DNA of 64,000 nucleotides from Candidatus Aegiribacteria sp. MLS_C (lineage in GTDB: Bacteria > Fermentibacterota > Fermentibacteria > Fermentibacterales > JCC-6): assembly GCA_002030045.1 (NCBI GenBank), contig LQBI01000034.1:41157-105156 (forward strand), given 5' to 3'. The notes below the pieces were generated by a model. It made no database searches and had not been told where the DNA came from. It saw only the letters and a program-made list of their open reading frames with translations. Numbering within the stretch: the stretch's first letter is position 1; each line of letters begins with the position of its first letter. Positions 10,498 to 22,032 of this stretch are shown here, one piece after another. The position numbers were made by a program, and so were the translations under genes.

Positions 10498-11358
10498 TTG
10501 AAGATGGACTTGCCGCTTCGACCCGGCCGTAAGGAAAACATGCTCGTAATCAAAGTGATCACGCTTCTCATCTCCGCCCGGCTGCTGCTGCAGGCCGCCG
10601 GGGACATCAGGCCGTCGGGTTCGGTGGAAGTGTTCTATGGGAATGGTCTCCCTTCCCTGGAGGCTCTTCAGCTGACATCGGACCTGCTGGAGGATTTCGA
10701 GGGCTTCTTCACGGTGGACTTCCTGCCCGTGGACGATCCCTGGTCGGAGCACCTCCTGATGAGGTACGGCCTGTCCGTCGACAGCCTGTGCTTCTCGGTC
10801 GTGGTCAACGGGAGCCACCTTGCCCTCATGGACGGTGATACAGTGGACTTTCGAGACATGCCTGTGAGGATGCACGGAACCGGCGGGCCAGAGGGGGACT
10901 GGACCCTCATGCAGCTGGAGCGGGTCCTGCGGGACAACTCACTGCTCATTGGAGGCAGCCCTCCGGACAGCGGTTCCCGCCTGCTGGCGGACAGGATCCT
11001 GGAGGATGCCGTTTCACACCTGGGCGCCCCCTACGTCTGGGGAGGCACCGGCAGTACCGGCTTCGACTGCAGCGGATTTGCCTACAGGGTCTTCAACGAT
11101 AACGGTGTCCCGCTCCCGAGAGCGCTCGGCGACATCGAGACCATTGGCATACCGGTGGAGAGGGACGACCTGAGGCCCTGCGACATCCTGATCTTCGACA
11201 GCCCAAGGCACTCGGGGATATACATGGGCGACGGCCAGTTCATCCACTGCTCCTCCTGGCAGGACCGGGGCGTGGTCATAACTCCCCTGAGCAGCTCCAA
11301 CTACTCGAGGCGCTACTCCGGCGCGGTAAGGATACTGGGTACCGGGCCGGACTATTGA
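10498..11358 (+). CDS. NlpC/P60-family cell-wall peptidase with N-terminal extra domain
   Basis: GAPYVWGGTGSTGFDCSGFAYRVF (catalytic Cys) and ...RHSGIYMG... (His). Confidence 0.8.
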   Translation: MKMDLPLRPGRKENMLVIKVITLLISARLLLQAAGDIRPSGSVEVFYGNGLPSLEALQLTSDLLEDFEGFFTVDFLPVDDPWSEHLLMRYGLSVDSLCFSVVVNGSHLALMDGDTVDFRDMPVRMHGTGGPEGDWTLMQLERVLRDNSLLIGGSPPDSGSRLLADRILEDAVSHLGAPYVWGGTGSTGFDCSGFAYRVFNDNGVPLPRALGDIETIGIPVERDDLRPCDILIFDSPRHSGIYMGDGQFIHCSSWQDRGVVITPLSSSNYSRRYSGAVRILGTGPDY

Positions 11359-11476
11359 TATTTGATCACTGCTGACGGATACTGTCCATGTTATCATACC
11401 GATGAGTCACTCCATGAGAGATCTGGGGCTGCTTGTTCCAATGCTTGCGGCGAACGGCTGAGGCGCTCTGTCCACA

Positions 11477-11875
11477 ATGCTCACGGACGTCGAACACGAG
11501 ATGTCGGCGGAGGATCAGGTTATCTCCAGGTTTCAGGAGAGCGGCGGAATGATAACCGATACCGTCACCGGTCTTCTCTGGCGGGCGGCTCCCGACAGGG
11601 ACACCGACTGGATGACAGCTCACCACTGGGTCGAGAACCTGGAAGGCGGCGGATGGCGGTTGCCCGCGAAGCATGAACTCCTGACACTGTACGAAGCCGG
11701 GATCAGCTGGCACCGCCAGGGACCCCTCGAAAACGACGGACAGTCGGCATGGTCCGATTCAACCGGCCCCCGCGGGGCGAATGCTTGGATCTTCGACTTC
11801 CTGGTGGGCAGCGGCTCCATGACCGACACCGGGAGCTCCACCGGTATTCGGGGCTTCGCGGTCAGGGCACCCTGA
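11477..11875 (+). CDS. DUF1566-like (Lcl C-terminal domain) protein
   Basis: DTVTGLLW...WRLPAKHELLTLY pattern typical of DUF1566. Confidence 0.55.
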   Translation: MLTDVEHEMSAEDQVISRFQESGGMITDTVTGLLWRAAPDRDTDWMTAHHWVENLEGGGWRLPAKHELLTLYEAGISWHRQGPLENDGQSAWSDSTGPRGANAWIFDFLVGSGSMTDTGSSTGIRGFAVRAP

Positions 11876-12121
11876 ACATCTCTCCTAACAGCTGACTACT
11901 GTGAAGCAGTCGACCACTGAGTCCGGTACGGGAATCGGTCTTCCCGTGGCCCCGTCAACGAATGCCCGGTCGGTCTCACCGCGTGCAAGCAGCCGGTCAT
12001 CCGATCTCCTGACGAACTCGTACTTCATCAGAGACCTCCAGCGCGGCACGGTAGATACAGTCTCCTCCCGGCTTGCCCTCGACGGCCTCCGTCCTTCCGA
12101 TCCTGCTCCGCTGCAGACTGA

Positions 12122-12715
12122 TCAGTGGAAGAACACTGACAGACCGGCAGATATCCATCTGTCGGATAGATCAGGCAGGTGGAGGCGAAGGGCGATGTCG
12201 AACTCAGCGATCCCGGTGTGAAGGTCCTTGCCGATACCCAGGAAGGGACCCCAAGTGGTTCCTTTGTACTCGTCATGGTACCCGCCCCAGCCGGTCCCGT
12301 CCGTCCTGACCCAGGAACCATTGTAGAAGAGGATGTCCGAACCTGCCTGAACGTACACCTCACCCAGGCACTTCCTCAGTCCGACGGAAACAACTGCCAG
12401 GTCCACGGATCTCTCTATTATCCACGTACTGTCGGGGAAGGGATCGCCGAACAGCGGGTCGAACTCGTAGCCCACGTAAGAACCGGATATCTCCAGCTGG
12501 AAGGATGGAATGAACTCCAGCATGACGGATGCTCCCACCATCACCTCCGGCTCGGACGGCAGGAAGATGTTGTCCAGGTCCTGGATGTCATTTACGATCG
12601 GCCGGTCCCCGATCGAGGGGAACAGAAAGCGGGAAAATGGCCCCAGGCGGAGAGTGAATGCATCGGCCGGGTCTATGGAAAGAACTGACAGGAACACGAG
12701 AACCGCCGTCATCAT
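12122..12715 (-). CDS. Secreted beta-rich protein, outer-membrane-barrel-like (hypothetical)
   Basis: Start MMTAVLVFLSVLS lies 1 nt after the upstream stop. Alternating hydrophobic pattern; ends in an aromatic-rich strand. Confidence 0.5.
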   Translation of the reverse strand: MMTAVLVFLSVLSIDPADAFTLRLGPFSRFLFPSIGDRPIVNDIQDLDNIFLPSEPEVMVGASVMLEFIPSFQLEISGSYVGYEFDPLFGDPFPDSTWIIERSVDLAVVSVGLRKCLGEVYVQAGSDILFYNGSWVRTDGTGWGGYHDEYKGTTWGPFLGIGKDLHTGIAEFDIALRLHLPDLSDRWISAGLSVFFH

Positions 12716-12716
12716 C

Positions 12717-13268
12717 TCATTCACCCCCCAGCCCCAGCTCGAAGCCCATTCCCACGGAGACCCAGTACCGGGACATGTCATGCGATTCCAGTCCGGCGCT
12801 TACGTTTATGTTGTCCCCTACTGCCCTGCTGAGATCGACGAAGAAAGTCGAGCCGGTCCTCCGGACCGACAGCTGAGGGGGGCAATCCGCCCCCCAAATA
12901 CCAAGCAGTTCCCTTTTGGTTTCGAAGGTCCTGTATCCGGCTCCCGCCTCCACTGCCATGAAGCCCAGGTCCCTGGAGATCCCCACCTTCACCGCATGGG
13001 AAGAGGACCGGTAGTTGCTGAACAGGTCGCAGGAAACAGGTATGTCATCGAACTGCTCTCCCCCGTTGGGGAAAAGGTGCGAATACGACAGGTTGAGCCT
13101 GTAATAACCGTCAAAACCCAGTGAGAGTCCCGGTTCGATGAAGATACCCGGGTCGTAAAGGGCGTTGTCCCCTGAAGAGACCGGTCCCATCACGCCCGAA
13201 TCGACCCCTATCTCCATGTCCAGTGCAAGTACAGAGAATGCAGAGAGCAGAAAGGCGAACACCTTCAT
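12717..13268 (-). CDS. Small outer-membrane beta-barrel-like protein (hypothetical)
   Basis: Signal peptide MKVFAFLLSAFSVLA with beta-strand periodicity. Confidence 0.55.
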   Translation of the reverse strand: MKVFAFLLSAFSVLALDMEIGVDSGVMGPVSSGDNALYDPGIFIEPGLSLGFDGYYRLNLSYSHLFPNGGEQFDDIPVSCDLFSNYRSSSHAVKVGISRDLGFMAVEAGAGYRTFETKRELLGIWGADCPPQLSVRRTGSTFFVDLSRAVGDNINVSAGLESHDMSRYWVSVGMGFELGLGGE

Positions 13269-13407
13269 CGTATACCCTCCTTTACGCTCATAAAATATCC
13301 CGGGAGCGAGTCAGCTGTCAACACGGGATCATCGTACGGTACATTCCGTATTGCCGGGGCTTTGGCATGGCCCACCTTCCGGTTTAGATTCAGGTCAACT
13401 GTAGTGT

Positions 13408-13929
13408 GTGCTTTCCGAACAAGGCATCGAGAGGAGTGAAATGAGCCTCGGCAAGGACGAGTGCAGGAATCTTCTGGAGAGGGCGGAGACTTCCGGCAGG
13501 ACCTTCCCCATGAAGGCCGGCTGGAGGAAGGCCCAGGTCTTCGCGGGTGTACTTACCTGTTTTCTCATAATCACCATTCCACTGGGAGTATGGATAATAA
13601 TCCGCGCCAGGAAGGCGAAGGTGGGAATATCGGAGGAGGGCTTCGTGTTCACCTATCTCACCACCTTCGGCTACAGGTGGGACGAGATAGAGGAGTTCCA
13701 CGTCTCCGGTCTGAGCGGTATGGCCTTCGGCGGAGGCCTCGTCGGGCTTGCCGCGGCCACTGCGGTACAGAAGAAGACCCAGGGCCTCAAGGGCCCCCTC
13801 CAGTTCAAGGTCAAGGGCAAGAGGGGTTTGAAAATGATACCGGCCCACACAATCGAGAACTCCCTGGAGATGGCAAGGCAGATGGAGCAGCTCTCGGGAC
13901 TCAGCATACTGCCGGCTGAGCAGAGCTGA
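13408..13929 (+). CDS. Membrane protein with PH-like domain (hypothetical)
   Basis: TM hairpin VFAGVLTCFLIITIPLGVWIII followed by a soluble domain. The antisense ORF 13390-13977 looks like a shadow. Confidence 0.5.
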   Translation: MLSEQGIERSEMSLGKDECRNLLERAETSGRTFPMKAGWRKAQVFAGVLTCFLIITIPLGVWIIIRARKAKVGISEEGFVFTYLTTFGYRWDEIEEFHVSGLSGMAFGGGLVGLAAATAVQKKTQGLKGPLQFKVKGKRGLKMIPAHTIENSLEMARQMEQLSGLSILPAEQS

Positions 13930-13930
13930 T

Positions 13931-14758
13931 TTGCCGCTGCTCTCCGTGGTCATCCCGTCCAGGGACGGCCTGTCCATTCTTCGAAGCTACCTGCCTGCCG
14001 TCCTGAGGGAAACGGAGGCCGCAGGCGGGGAAGTGATCGTGGTGGACGACTGTTCCTCCGATGGTACCACGGATAGTCTCTTTAGGGATTTCCCCTCGGT
14101 CAGGACTTTTACCAGGACCGGCGGTCCGGGTTTCCCCATGGCGGTCAACGAGGGGATGCGAATGGCGGAAGGGGATTTCCTGCTTCTGCTGAACAACGAC
14201 ACCGTCCCGGAGGAGGGCAGTTTCGAAGCCCTCCTCCGGGAACTGGGTTCCTCTCCCGCCGATGTGGCCGCCGCGGTGCCCTCGATACCCCGGCCGGACG
14301 GTACCGACGACGGGGCCTTCCAGTGGGCATTCCGCCGAGGTCTGGCAGTCACCGGCCAGGACATCGGAGGAGAACCCTACCCCTCGGGAGCCTGTTCCCT
14401 GTGGCGCAGGGAGGCATGGGAGGCCCTCGGGGGCCTGAATGGTAGTTACGCTCCCATCTACTGGGAGGACGCGGACATGGGGGCCAGAATGACCAGGTCG
14501 GGGTACCAGATGATAAGGTGCCCCGAAATATCGGTAGCCCACCATCACGCCTCCACCATGGGATCAGGTGCCGGGACCTCGATCCTCAGGGAGAGGAACA
14601 GGTTCATCTTCATGGACCTGAACTGCACCGACCGGGCAATGCTGTCCGCCCGCGGAAGATGGCTCCCTGCGCACCTGACGAAAGCCATCCTCACGGGTAA
14701 CAGGGCATTCGTCCGGGGCTACCTCGCATACAGGTCATTGAGGAGGCTGGAAACCTGA
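13931..14758 (+). CDS. Family 2 glycosyltransferase
   Basis: LSVVIPSRDG...VIVVDDCSSDGT signature. TTG start 2 nt after the upstream stop. Confidence 0.8.
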   Translation: MPLLSVVIPSRDGLSILRSYLPAVLRETEAAGGEVIVVDDCSSDGTTDSLFRDFPSVRTFTRTGGPGFPMAVNEGMRMAEGDFLLLLNNDTVPEEGSFEALLRELGSSPADVAAAVPSIPRPDGTDDGAFQWAFRRGLAVTGQDIGGEPYPSGACSLWRREAWEALGGLNGSYAPIYWEDADMGARMTRSGYQMIRCPEISVAHHHASTMGSGAGTSILRERNRFIFMDLNCTDRAMLSARGRWLPAHLTKAILTGNRAFVRGYLAYRSLRRLET

Positions 14759-14949
14759 AAGTGCGCCTTCCGAGTCGTATTCGTGAAAGAAGCCCGGAAC
14801 CTGAAAGTGCGCCTTCCGAGTCGTATTCGTAAAAGAAGCCCGGAACCTGAAAGTGCGCCTTCCGAGTCGTATTCGTAAAAGAAGCCCGGAACCTGAAAGA
14901 GCGCCTTCCGAGTCGTATTCGTGAAAGAAACCCGGAACCTGAAAGTGCT
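14748..14949. repeat. 46-bp direct tandem repeat, about 4.3 copies
   Basis: CCTGAAAGTGCGCC recurs at 14754, 14800, 14846, 14892 and 14938, an exact 46-nt period. Units differ by 1-2 substitutions. The first unit contains the GT2 stop codon. Confidence 0.9.
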
Positions 14950-15582
14950 GGCTCCACCGAATGTTCGTCAGTGAGCAGGCTCAGAGCCTGATCATGATGC
15001 CCCCGCCGAAGGAGAGGCCGGTGGAGTAGCCGAACCCCCTTTCCATGTCGCCGTCACCTATGTAGACCGCATCTCCGAACAGGTGGAAACCCGAGTCGAA
15101 CCCGACCGCAAGACCTGCGTCTGCCCAGGGATGTAACTCGGTCCCCCGGAGATCCTGCGGGTAATCGGCATACCGCTGGTGGACCAGGGCATAACCGGCG
15201 AAGCACACGGGTTTCAGGCCGGTACCCGTACTACACGGTATTGCCCTGAAACACGCAGTGGCGTTGAAGAAGGCCAGCCCCCGACGCAGGCCTCCATAGT
15301 AAAGATATCGGGAACTTCTACCTGGCAGGTCAGAGCCGGCATCTGAGGAAATCCGCTCGAAAGTCCCAGGTTGTGGGTCACTTCCGCCTTGAATGACGCT
15401 TCCTCCGCGCAGAGCAGTACGATTGCCGCGGGGAAATCGAATCCCTGAAGTCGTCCTGTCCTCCCCTGGTGGACGGAACCGCCACTTCTACTGCTTGTTC
15501 CGAATTCGAGTGCGAGCATTTATAGTAGATAATCGTAGAAAGGTTCGCGAAAAGGTCCGCCCACAGCCTCGGAGGTGCAGCC

Positions 15583-17058
15583 ATGGGCAGTGATAATGCT
15601 GAAAAGAAGGAAGACAGGGACCGCAAGGAAAAGGCGGAAGAGAAGGAGGAGAAGCTTCGAATGCTGGGTCTCGAGCCCTTTGAGACCGACCGCAGCATGA
15701 AGCTTGACGGACGAACCCTGGAGTACACCGCCAGGCTGGGAGTGCTCCCGCTGAAGGACGACAAAGGCGAGACCAGGGCCGAGGTCTTCTTCACCGCCTA
15801 CGAGCTGGGAGGAGTTGAGGACAAATCCGCCAGACCCCTGACATTTGCATTCAACGGAGGTCCGGGGTCCTCATCGATCTGGCTCCACATGGGCGCGCTT
15901 GGTCCGAGGAGAGCGGTCATGGAGCCCGAGGGCTGGATGCCGTCCCCGCCCTACAGGATGGAAGACAACCCCGGAACCTGGCTTCCATTCACGGACCTTG
16001 TCTTCATAGACCCTGTGGGGACCGGTTTCAGCAGGGCGGCGAAGGACGAGTACTACAAGGACTACCTTAACTTCGAGGGTGACGTCAGGTCCGTGGGCGA
16101 GTTCATCCTCCTCTACCTCTCGCGGTACGGCCGATGGTCATCGCCGCTCTACATAGCAGGGGAGAGCTACGGCACCACCAGGGCAGCGGGACTGGCCCTT
16201 CACCTGTTCGGAATGGGCGTAGGGTTCAGCGGCCTGGTGCTCATATCAACGGCCCTGGACCTGAGACCCATCTTCTTCGGCGAATCCGACGACCTCCCGT
16301 TCCAGCTCTTCGTCCCCACTTACACAGCCACCGCCCGGTACCACGGAAGGCTCGGAGAGGACCTGCAGGCCAGGCCGCTTCCGGAACTGCTGGAGGAGGT
16401 TGAGGCCTGGGTCATGGACCGGCTGACCCCCGCCCTCATGAGGGGGGACGGCCTGGATAAGACAGAGACGACGGAAATCGCAGCGGAACTGGCCCGCTAC
16501 ACGGGCCTTGACCCGGAATACGTGAAAGGTTCCAGGCTCAGGATCCACATAAGCAGGTTCTGCAGGGAGCTGCTGCGCAGCGAGAAGCGGAGTGTAGGCC
16601 GTATCGACTCCCGATTCCGGGGCATAGAGGCTCTGGGAATCACCGAGTTTCCGGAGAGGGATCCCTCAATGACCGCGATAAACCCTCCCTACACCTCCAT
16701 GTTCAACCAGTACGTACGGGCCGAACTGGGCCTGGAAACGGACATGATCTACACCACGATGATGTGCGACGACCTGCGGAAGAAGTGGGAATGGGACAAG
16801 GGCAAGTTGCCCAGCACCGGAGACAAGCTCCGGAGCGCCATGTCGGCCAATCCATTCATGAGGGTGATGGTGGCACAGGGCTACTACGACCTGGCCACCC
16901 CCCACATGGCCACAAAGTACATGGTATCCCACGTGAACCTGGACCCGGAGCTCAGGGACAAGGTATCTACTGTCTACTACGAGGCTGGCCACATGTTCTA
17001 CCTGGATTCCGCATCCCTGATGAAGTTGCGCGACGATGCCTCCTCCTTCATCACCTGA
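15583..17058 (+). CDS. Serine carboxypeptidase, peptidase family S10
   Basis: FNGGPGSSSIWLHMG and catalytic IAGESYG motifs. Confidence 0.85.
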   Translation: MGSDNAEKKEDRDRKEKAEEKEEKLRMLGLEPFETDRSMKLDGRTLEYTARLGVLPLKDDKGETRAEVFFTAYELGGVEDKSARPLTFAFNGGPGSSSIWLHMGALGPRRAVMEPEGWMPSPPYRMEDNPGTWLPFTDLVFIDPVGTGFSRAAKDEYYKDYLNFEGDVRSVGEFILLYLSRYGRWSSPLYIAGESYGTTRAAGLALHLFGMGVGFSGLVLISTALDLRPIFFGESDDLPFQLFVPTYTATARYHGRLGEDLQARPLPELLEEVEAWVMDRLTPALMRGDGLDKTETTEIAAELARYTGLDPEYVKGSRLRIHISRFCRELLRSEKRSVGRIDSRFRGIEALGITEFPERDPSMTAINPPYTSMFNQYVRAELGLETDMIYTTMMCDDLRKKWEWDKGKLPSTGDKLRSAMSANPFMRVMVAQGYYDLATPHMATKYMVSHVNLDPELRDKVSTVYYEAGHMFYLDSASLMKLRDDASSFIT

Positions 17059-17065
17059 ACATGGT

Positions 17066-17092
17066 GGGGGTCGTCCGGTCATAGATGACCGG
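17066..17092 (+). terminator. Hairpin with GGGGTCGTCCGGTCAT motif after the S10 gene (REP-like or terminator-like)
   Basis: CCGGTCAT-AG-ATGACCGG palindrome 8 nt after the stop. The same motif follows katG and the 22033 gene. Confidence 0.4.
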
Positions 17093-17138
17093 CCTCCGGG
17101 CACCCTTTTGGCATCAATGAAGGGGGCGACTCGATCTT

Positions 17139-17812
17139 ATGCCTGCAGGTACCACTGAACCGTCCCATGAAGGTCTGTTCAGCTTCAGGATAGAGTTCAG
17201 CATCCAGTGTTCTAAGTGCGACGGTCACATCCCTCTTGACGGACCGGTGGAGAAGGCTTTCTGCCATGACTGCGGCTCCCCGGTGCAGATACCCAGGGAG
17301 TACTGGATGGATACATTGAGTAACAGCTGCAGGAAGATGCAGGACATGGAGATGGGAGGAGGCAGGGGTTCCATCCTCATGGGGACGTTCTGGGGCAACC
17401 TGGAACTGGCCCGTTTTGACCCCTACTGCGACAGCTGCAAGACCGACATCCAGGATCCATGGCACATGGAGCCCGGCACCGTGTACAGGTGCAGAAAGTG
17501 CGGCATGGAACATCACGTCGAAGCCCTCCGGAACGGCTCGTCGAAGGCGTGCCCCGGTTGAGACTGCTGGTCAATGCCCTGATGTCCGCCGAGGAACCTT
17601 CCCGGGAGGAAACCCCGGAACTTGTATACCTTTCATGCCCCTCCTGTGCCGCCTCCCTGGAAGTGGACGGGAAAAGCAGGATAACCGGCTTCAACTACTG
17701 CGGTAACGATGTTTACCTGCCTGACAGCGTGTGGAGGAAGTTCCATCCTGCCGGCAGGAAGAGAAGGTGTTTCTTGATTTGCGAGTATACAGATGAAGAC
17801 CCGGAAGCCTGA
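17139..17812 (+). pseudogene. Triple zinc-ribbon protein, paralogue of the C-terminal half of the next gene, interrupted by a frameshift near 17500-17512
   Basis: ORFs 17139-17561 and 17459-17812 together align end to end with aa 190-403 of 17793-19004. Frame changes between ...CRKCG and TSRRSPPE. Confidence 0.6.
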
Positions 17813-19004
17813 AGACCTGATCCGCCCCGAGAGACTGAGACAGGAGCGCCTGTTGTACCATCACAGTCCGCGCCGGTCCCTGTTGATCTCCGGCGTTATC
17901 ATTGCGGTGATGGTAGCCGCGGGCCTGTTCCTTTTCAGGGATGTACCGATGCTCAGGTTTATAATGGGTCTGTTCTCTCTTGGCCTGCTCATAAACCTCA
18001 GGAGGGAATGCTCTGTCAGGATCTGGGTGAACTGGCCATACATCGTCTACGAGTATCATTCCATCTTCAGGCACTTCAGGGAGTACATTGAGCCCTGGAG
18101 GATATCCGGACTCAACCCGGACATCGTCTCGATGTGGCGGGGCAACATCTCGGAGCGCCTCGTAATGGAGGTCGGCGACAGGGAACTGGTGGTGTCACCC
18201 TTCTATTCCGGCTATGACCCGGGTGAGAACCTGATAGTTGAAACGCTCCGCAGCCTTCCCGGGTCGAGGCAGCAGGCGGAAGAGAAGCTTGCAGAGGAGC
18301 ACAGGATAGACCATCCCGAGGAGCACCCGGAGGAGGAACCCGAGGTCGTCGAGGTCTGGGGTTTCCTGGAGATGGGCATACAGTGTCCCCGCTGCGAAGG
18401 TCCTGTAGCCGTCAATGGACCCTATACAGCACTTGTATGCCCGCATTGCAGCGCCGGCATCGATATGCAGCCATCCATATGGGCGGACCTTCTGGAAGAC
18501 GTTCCACAGGAGATCGCCGAGGACTGCGAAGAGGGTTACGGAGGCAAGAGCACGATCTGGGGCACTTACAACACGGAGCTGTTCTACGGCAGGATGAAAC
18601 CCTACTGCGAGGAATGCAAGCGGGATTACGACCTAGAGAACGATCCCGTGAAAGACGGAAGGATAACCTGTCCCGATTGCGGGTCCACCAGAAGCCTGCA
18701 GGTTCCACCTGAATGGTGGAAGAGTATATTCAGCGACGCTTCCATGATCATCGGTGCCGGGGAGTCATCCGACGAGAGCAACCTGGAGGGAGATCCTCTG
18801 AAGGGACCGGTCGTCTTCACCTGCACGAAATGCGGGGCGGCGGTAAAACTGGACGGGAGCAGCAGGGACCTGAAGTGCGAACACTGCGACGGCGAGATCC
18901 ACATACCGGACGACCTCTGGCTCCGCTTCCATCCTGCAGTGAAGAAGAAACGCTGGTTCGTAGGTTACCGCTGGGTTCCGGACACAGAAGAAGATGATGA
19001 ATGA
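17793..19004 (+). CDS. Membrane-anchored protein with three CxxC...CxxC zinc ribbons (hypothetical)
   Basis: Two N-terminal TM helices, an acidic linker, then QCPRC...CPHC, YCEEC...CPDC and TCTKC...CEHC. Confidence 0.7.
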   Translation: MKTRKPEDLIRPERLRQERLLYHHSPRRSLLISGVIIAVMVAAGLFLFRDVPMLRFIMGLFSLGLLINLRRECSVRIWVNWPYIVYEYHSIFRHFREYIEPWRISGLNPDIVSMWRGNISERLVMEVGDRELVVSPFYSGYDPGENLIVETLRSLPGSRQQAEEKLAEEHRIDHPEEHPEEEPEVVEVWGFLEMGIQCPRCEGPVAVNGPYTALVCPHCSAGIDMQPSIWADLLEDVPQEIAEDCEEGYGGKSTIWGTYNTELFYGRMKPYCEECKRDYDLENDPVKDGRITCPDCGSTRSLQVPPEWWKSIFSDASMIIGAGESSDESNLEGDPLKGPVVFTCTKCGAAVKLDGSSRDLKCEHCDGEIHIPDDLWLRFHPAVKKKRWFVGYRWVPDTEEDDE

Positions 19005-19090
19005 GAATATTTTACAGCTTCATCTCGAAAGGATCCCTTCGGAGAGCGGAGACTCCATGATTGAACCCATGGCAGTTGACGACAGGCCCA

Positions 19091-19109
19091 GATAATAATA
19101 TTTCTTATC
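19091..19109. promoter_or_regulatory. Fur/PerR-box-like operator upstream of perR
   Basis: GATAATAATATTTCTTATC matches 14/19 of the Fur consensus GATAATGATAATCATTATC, with GATAA/TTATC inverted ends. It lies 29 nt upstream of the perR ATG. Confidence 0.5.
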
Positions 19110-19137
19110 TAGGATTAAATACGAGAGGGTTGATTCC

Positions 19138-19590
19138 ATGGATACCTCGGGATCGGAACTGAGCGTCCTGTCCGCTGCCTTGAAAGGGGCCGGTATACGG
19201 ATGACCCATCAGCGCATCGAGGTATTCAGTGAACTGCAGGCTTCCCACGGCCACCCCAGCGTGACTGAGATCTACGAGGGAGTCAGGAAAAGGCTTCCGA
19301 GCATATCACCCGATACGGTATACAGAACTCTCAGGCTCTTCTCGGAACTCGGGCTGATAATCCCACACAGTTCCACGTCAAGCGTAACGAGGTTCGACGT
19401 GAACGTGCACGAGCATCATCATTTCGTATGTACAAGGTGCTCCAGGATCTTCGATTTCACGAGTTCTTCCATCGACCCACTCGAGGTTCCCAGGGAAGCC
19501 GAATCATTTGGTGAGGTCCAGGGGGTCCAGCTGGAAGTAAGAGGCATCTGCAGGGATTGCCTTCGAAGAGAACGAACGCAGGAGGAATGA
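19138..19590 (+). CDS. perR: Fur-family regulator, PerR-like
   Basis: Winged-helix region RMTHQRIEVF...SPDTVYRTLRLF, metal site HHHFVCTRC...CRDC. Immediately upstream of katG. Confidence 0.8.
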   Translation: MDTSGSELSVLSAALKGAGIRMTHQRIEVFSELQASHGHPSVTEIYEGVRKRLPSISPDTVYRTLRLFSELGLIIPHSSTSSVTRFDVNVHEHHHFVCTRCSRIFDFTSSSIDPLEVPREAESFGEVQGVQLEVRGICRDCLRRERTQEE

Positions 19591-21813
<2,223 letters not shown>

Positions 21814-21828
21814 TCCAGGTCGTACGCA

Positions 21829-21863
21829 GGGGTCGTCCGGTCATCATCGGACCGGACGACCCC
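21829..21863 (+). terminator. Perfect 14-bp stem hairpin after katG (intrinsic-terminator or REP-like; no U-tract)
   Basis: GGGGTCGTCCGGTC-ATCATCG-GACCGGACGACCCC, 16 nt after the stop. Confidence 0.55.
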
Positions 21864-22032
21864 GATCACGGATACCCGAGTGCTCATGAACCGCGCACGA
21901 CCCGGGTCGATCCCGGAACCATATCTCATTCCACCGGAAGAATTCGCTCATTCTTCTCCCTGCTTGACTTGCTGGGCGGTCATGAACCGGTATGTTAGAG
22001 TCTGAAGGGAACATGGGAGAAAGAAGGTAGCC

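Noticed and set aside
13390-13977. 195-aa minus-strand ORF
   Set aside because: It is fully antisense to 13408-13929, which has a TM hairpin and sits 2 nt upstream of the co-directional GT2 gene. The minus-strand translation is low-complexity.
14748-14949. Possible CRISPR array
   Set aside because: The units are directly abutting 46-bp repeats with no unique spacers, and there are no cas genes nearby. It is classed as a tandem repeat.
14981-15519. ORFs 14981-15208 and 15214-15519 (minus strand) as genes
   Set aside because: The 14981 frame stays open upstream to about 15490 and reads like the C-terminal strands of a small beta-barrel (...GLAVGFDSGFHLF...GLSFGGGIMIRL). It has no start codon, RBS or signal peptide. 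The two listed ORFs are in different frames. This may be a decayed OMP gene, but support is too weak to annotate.
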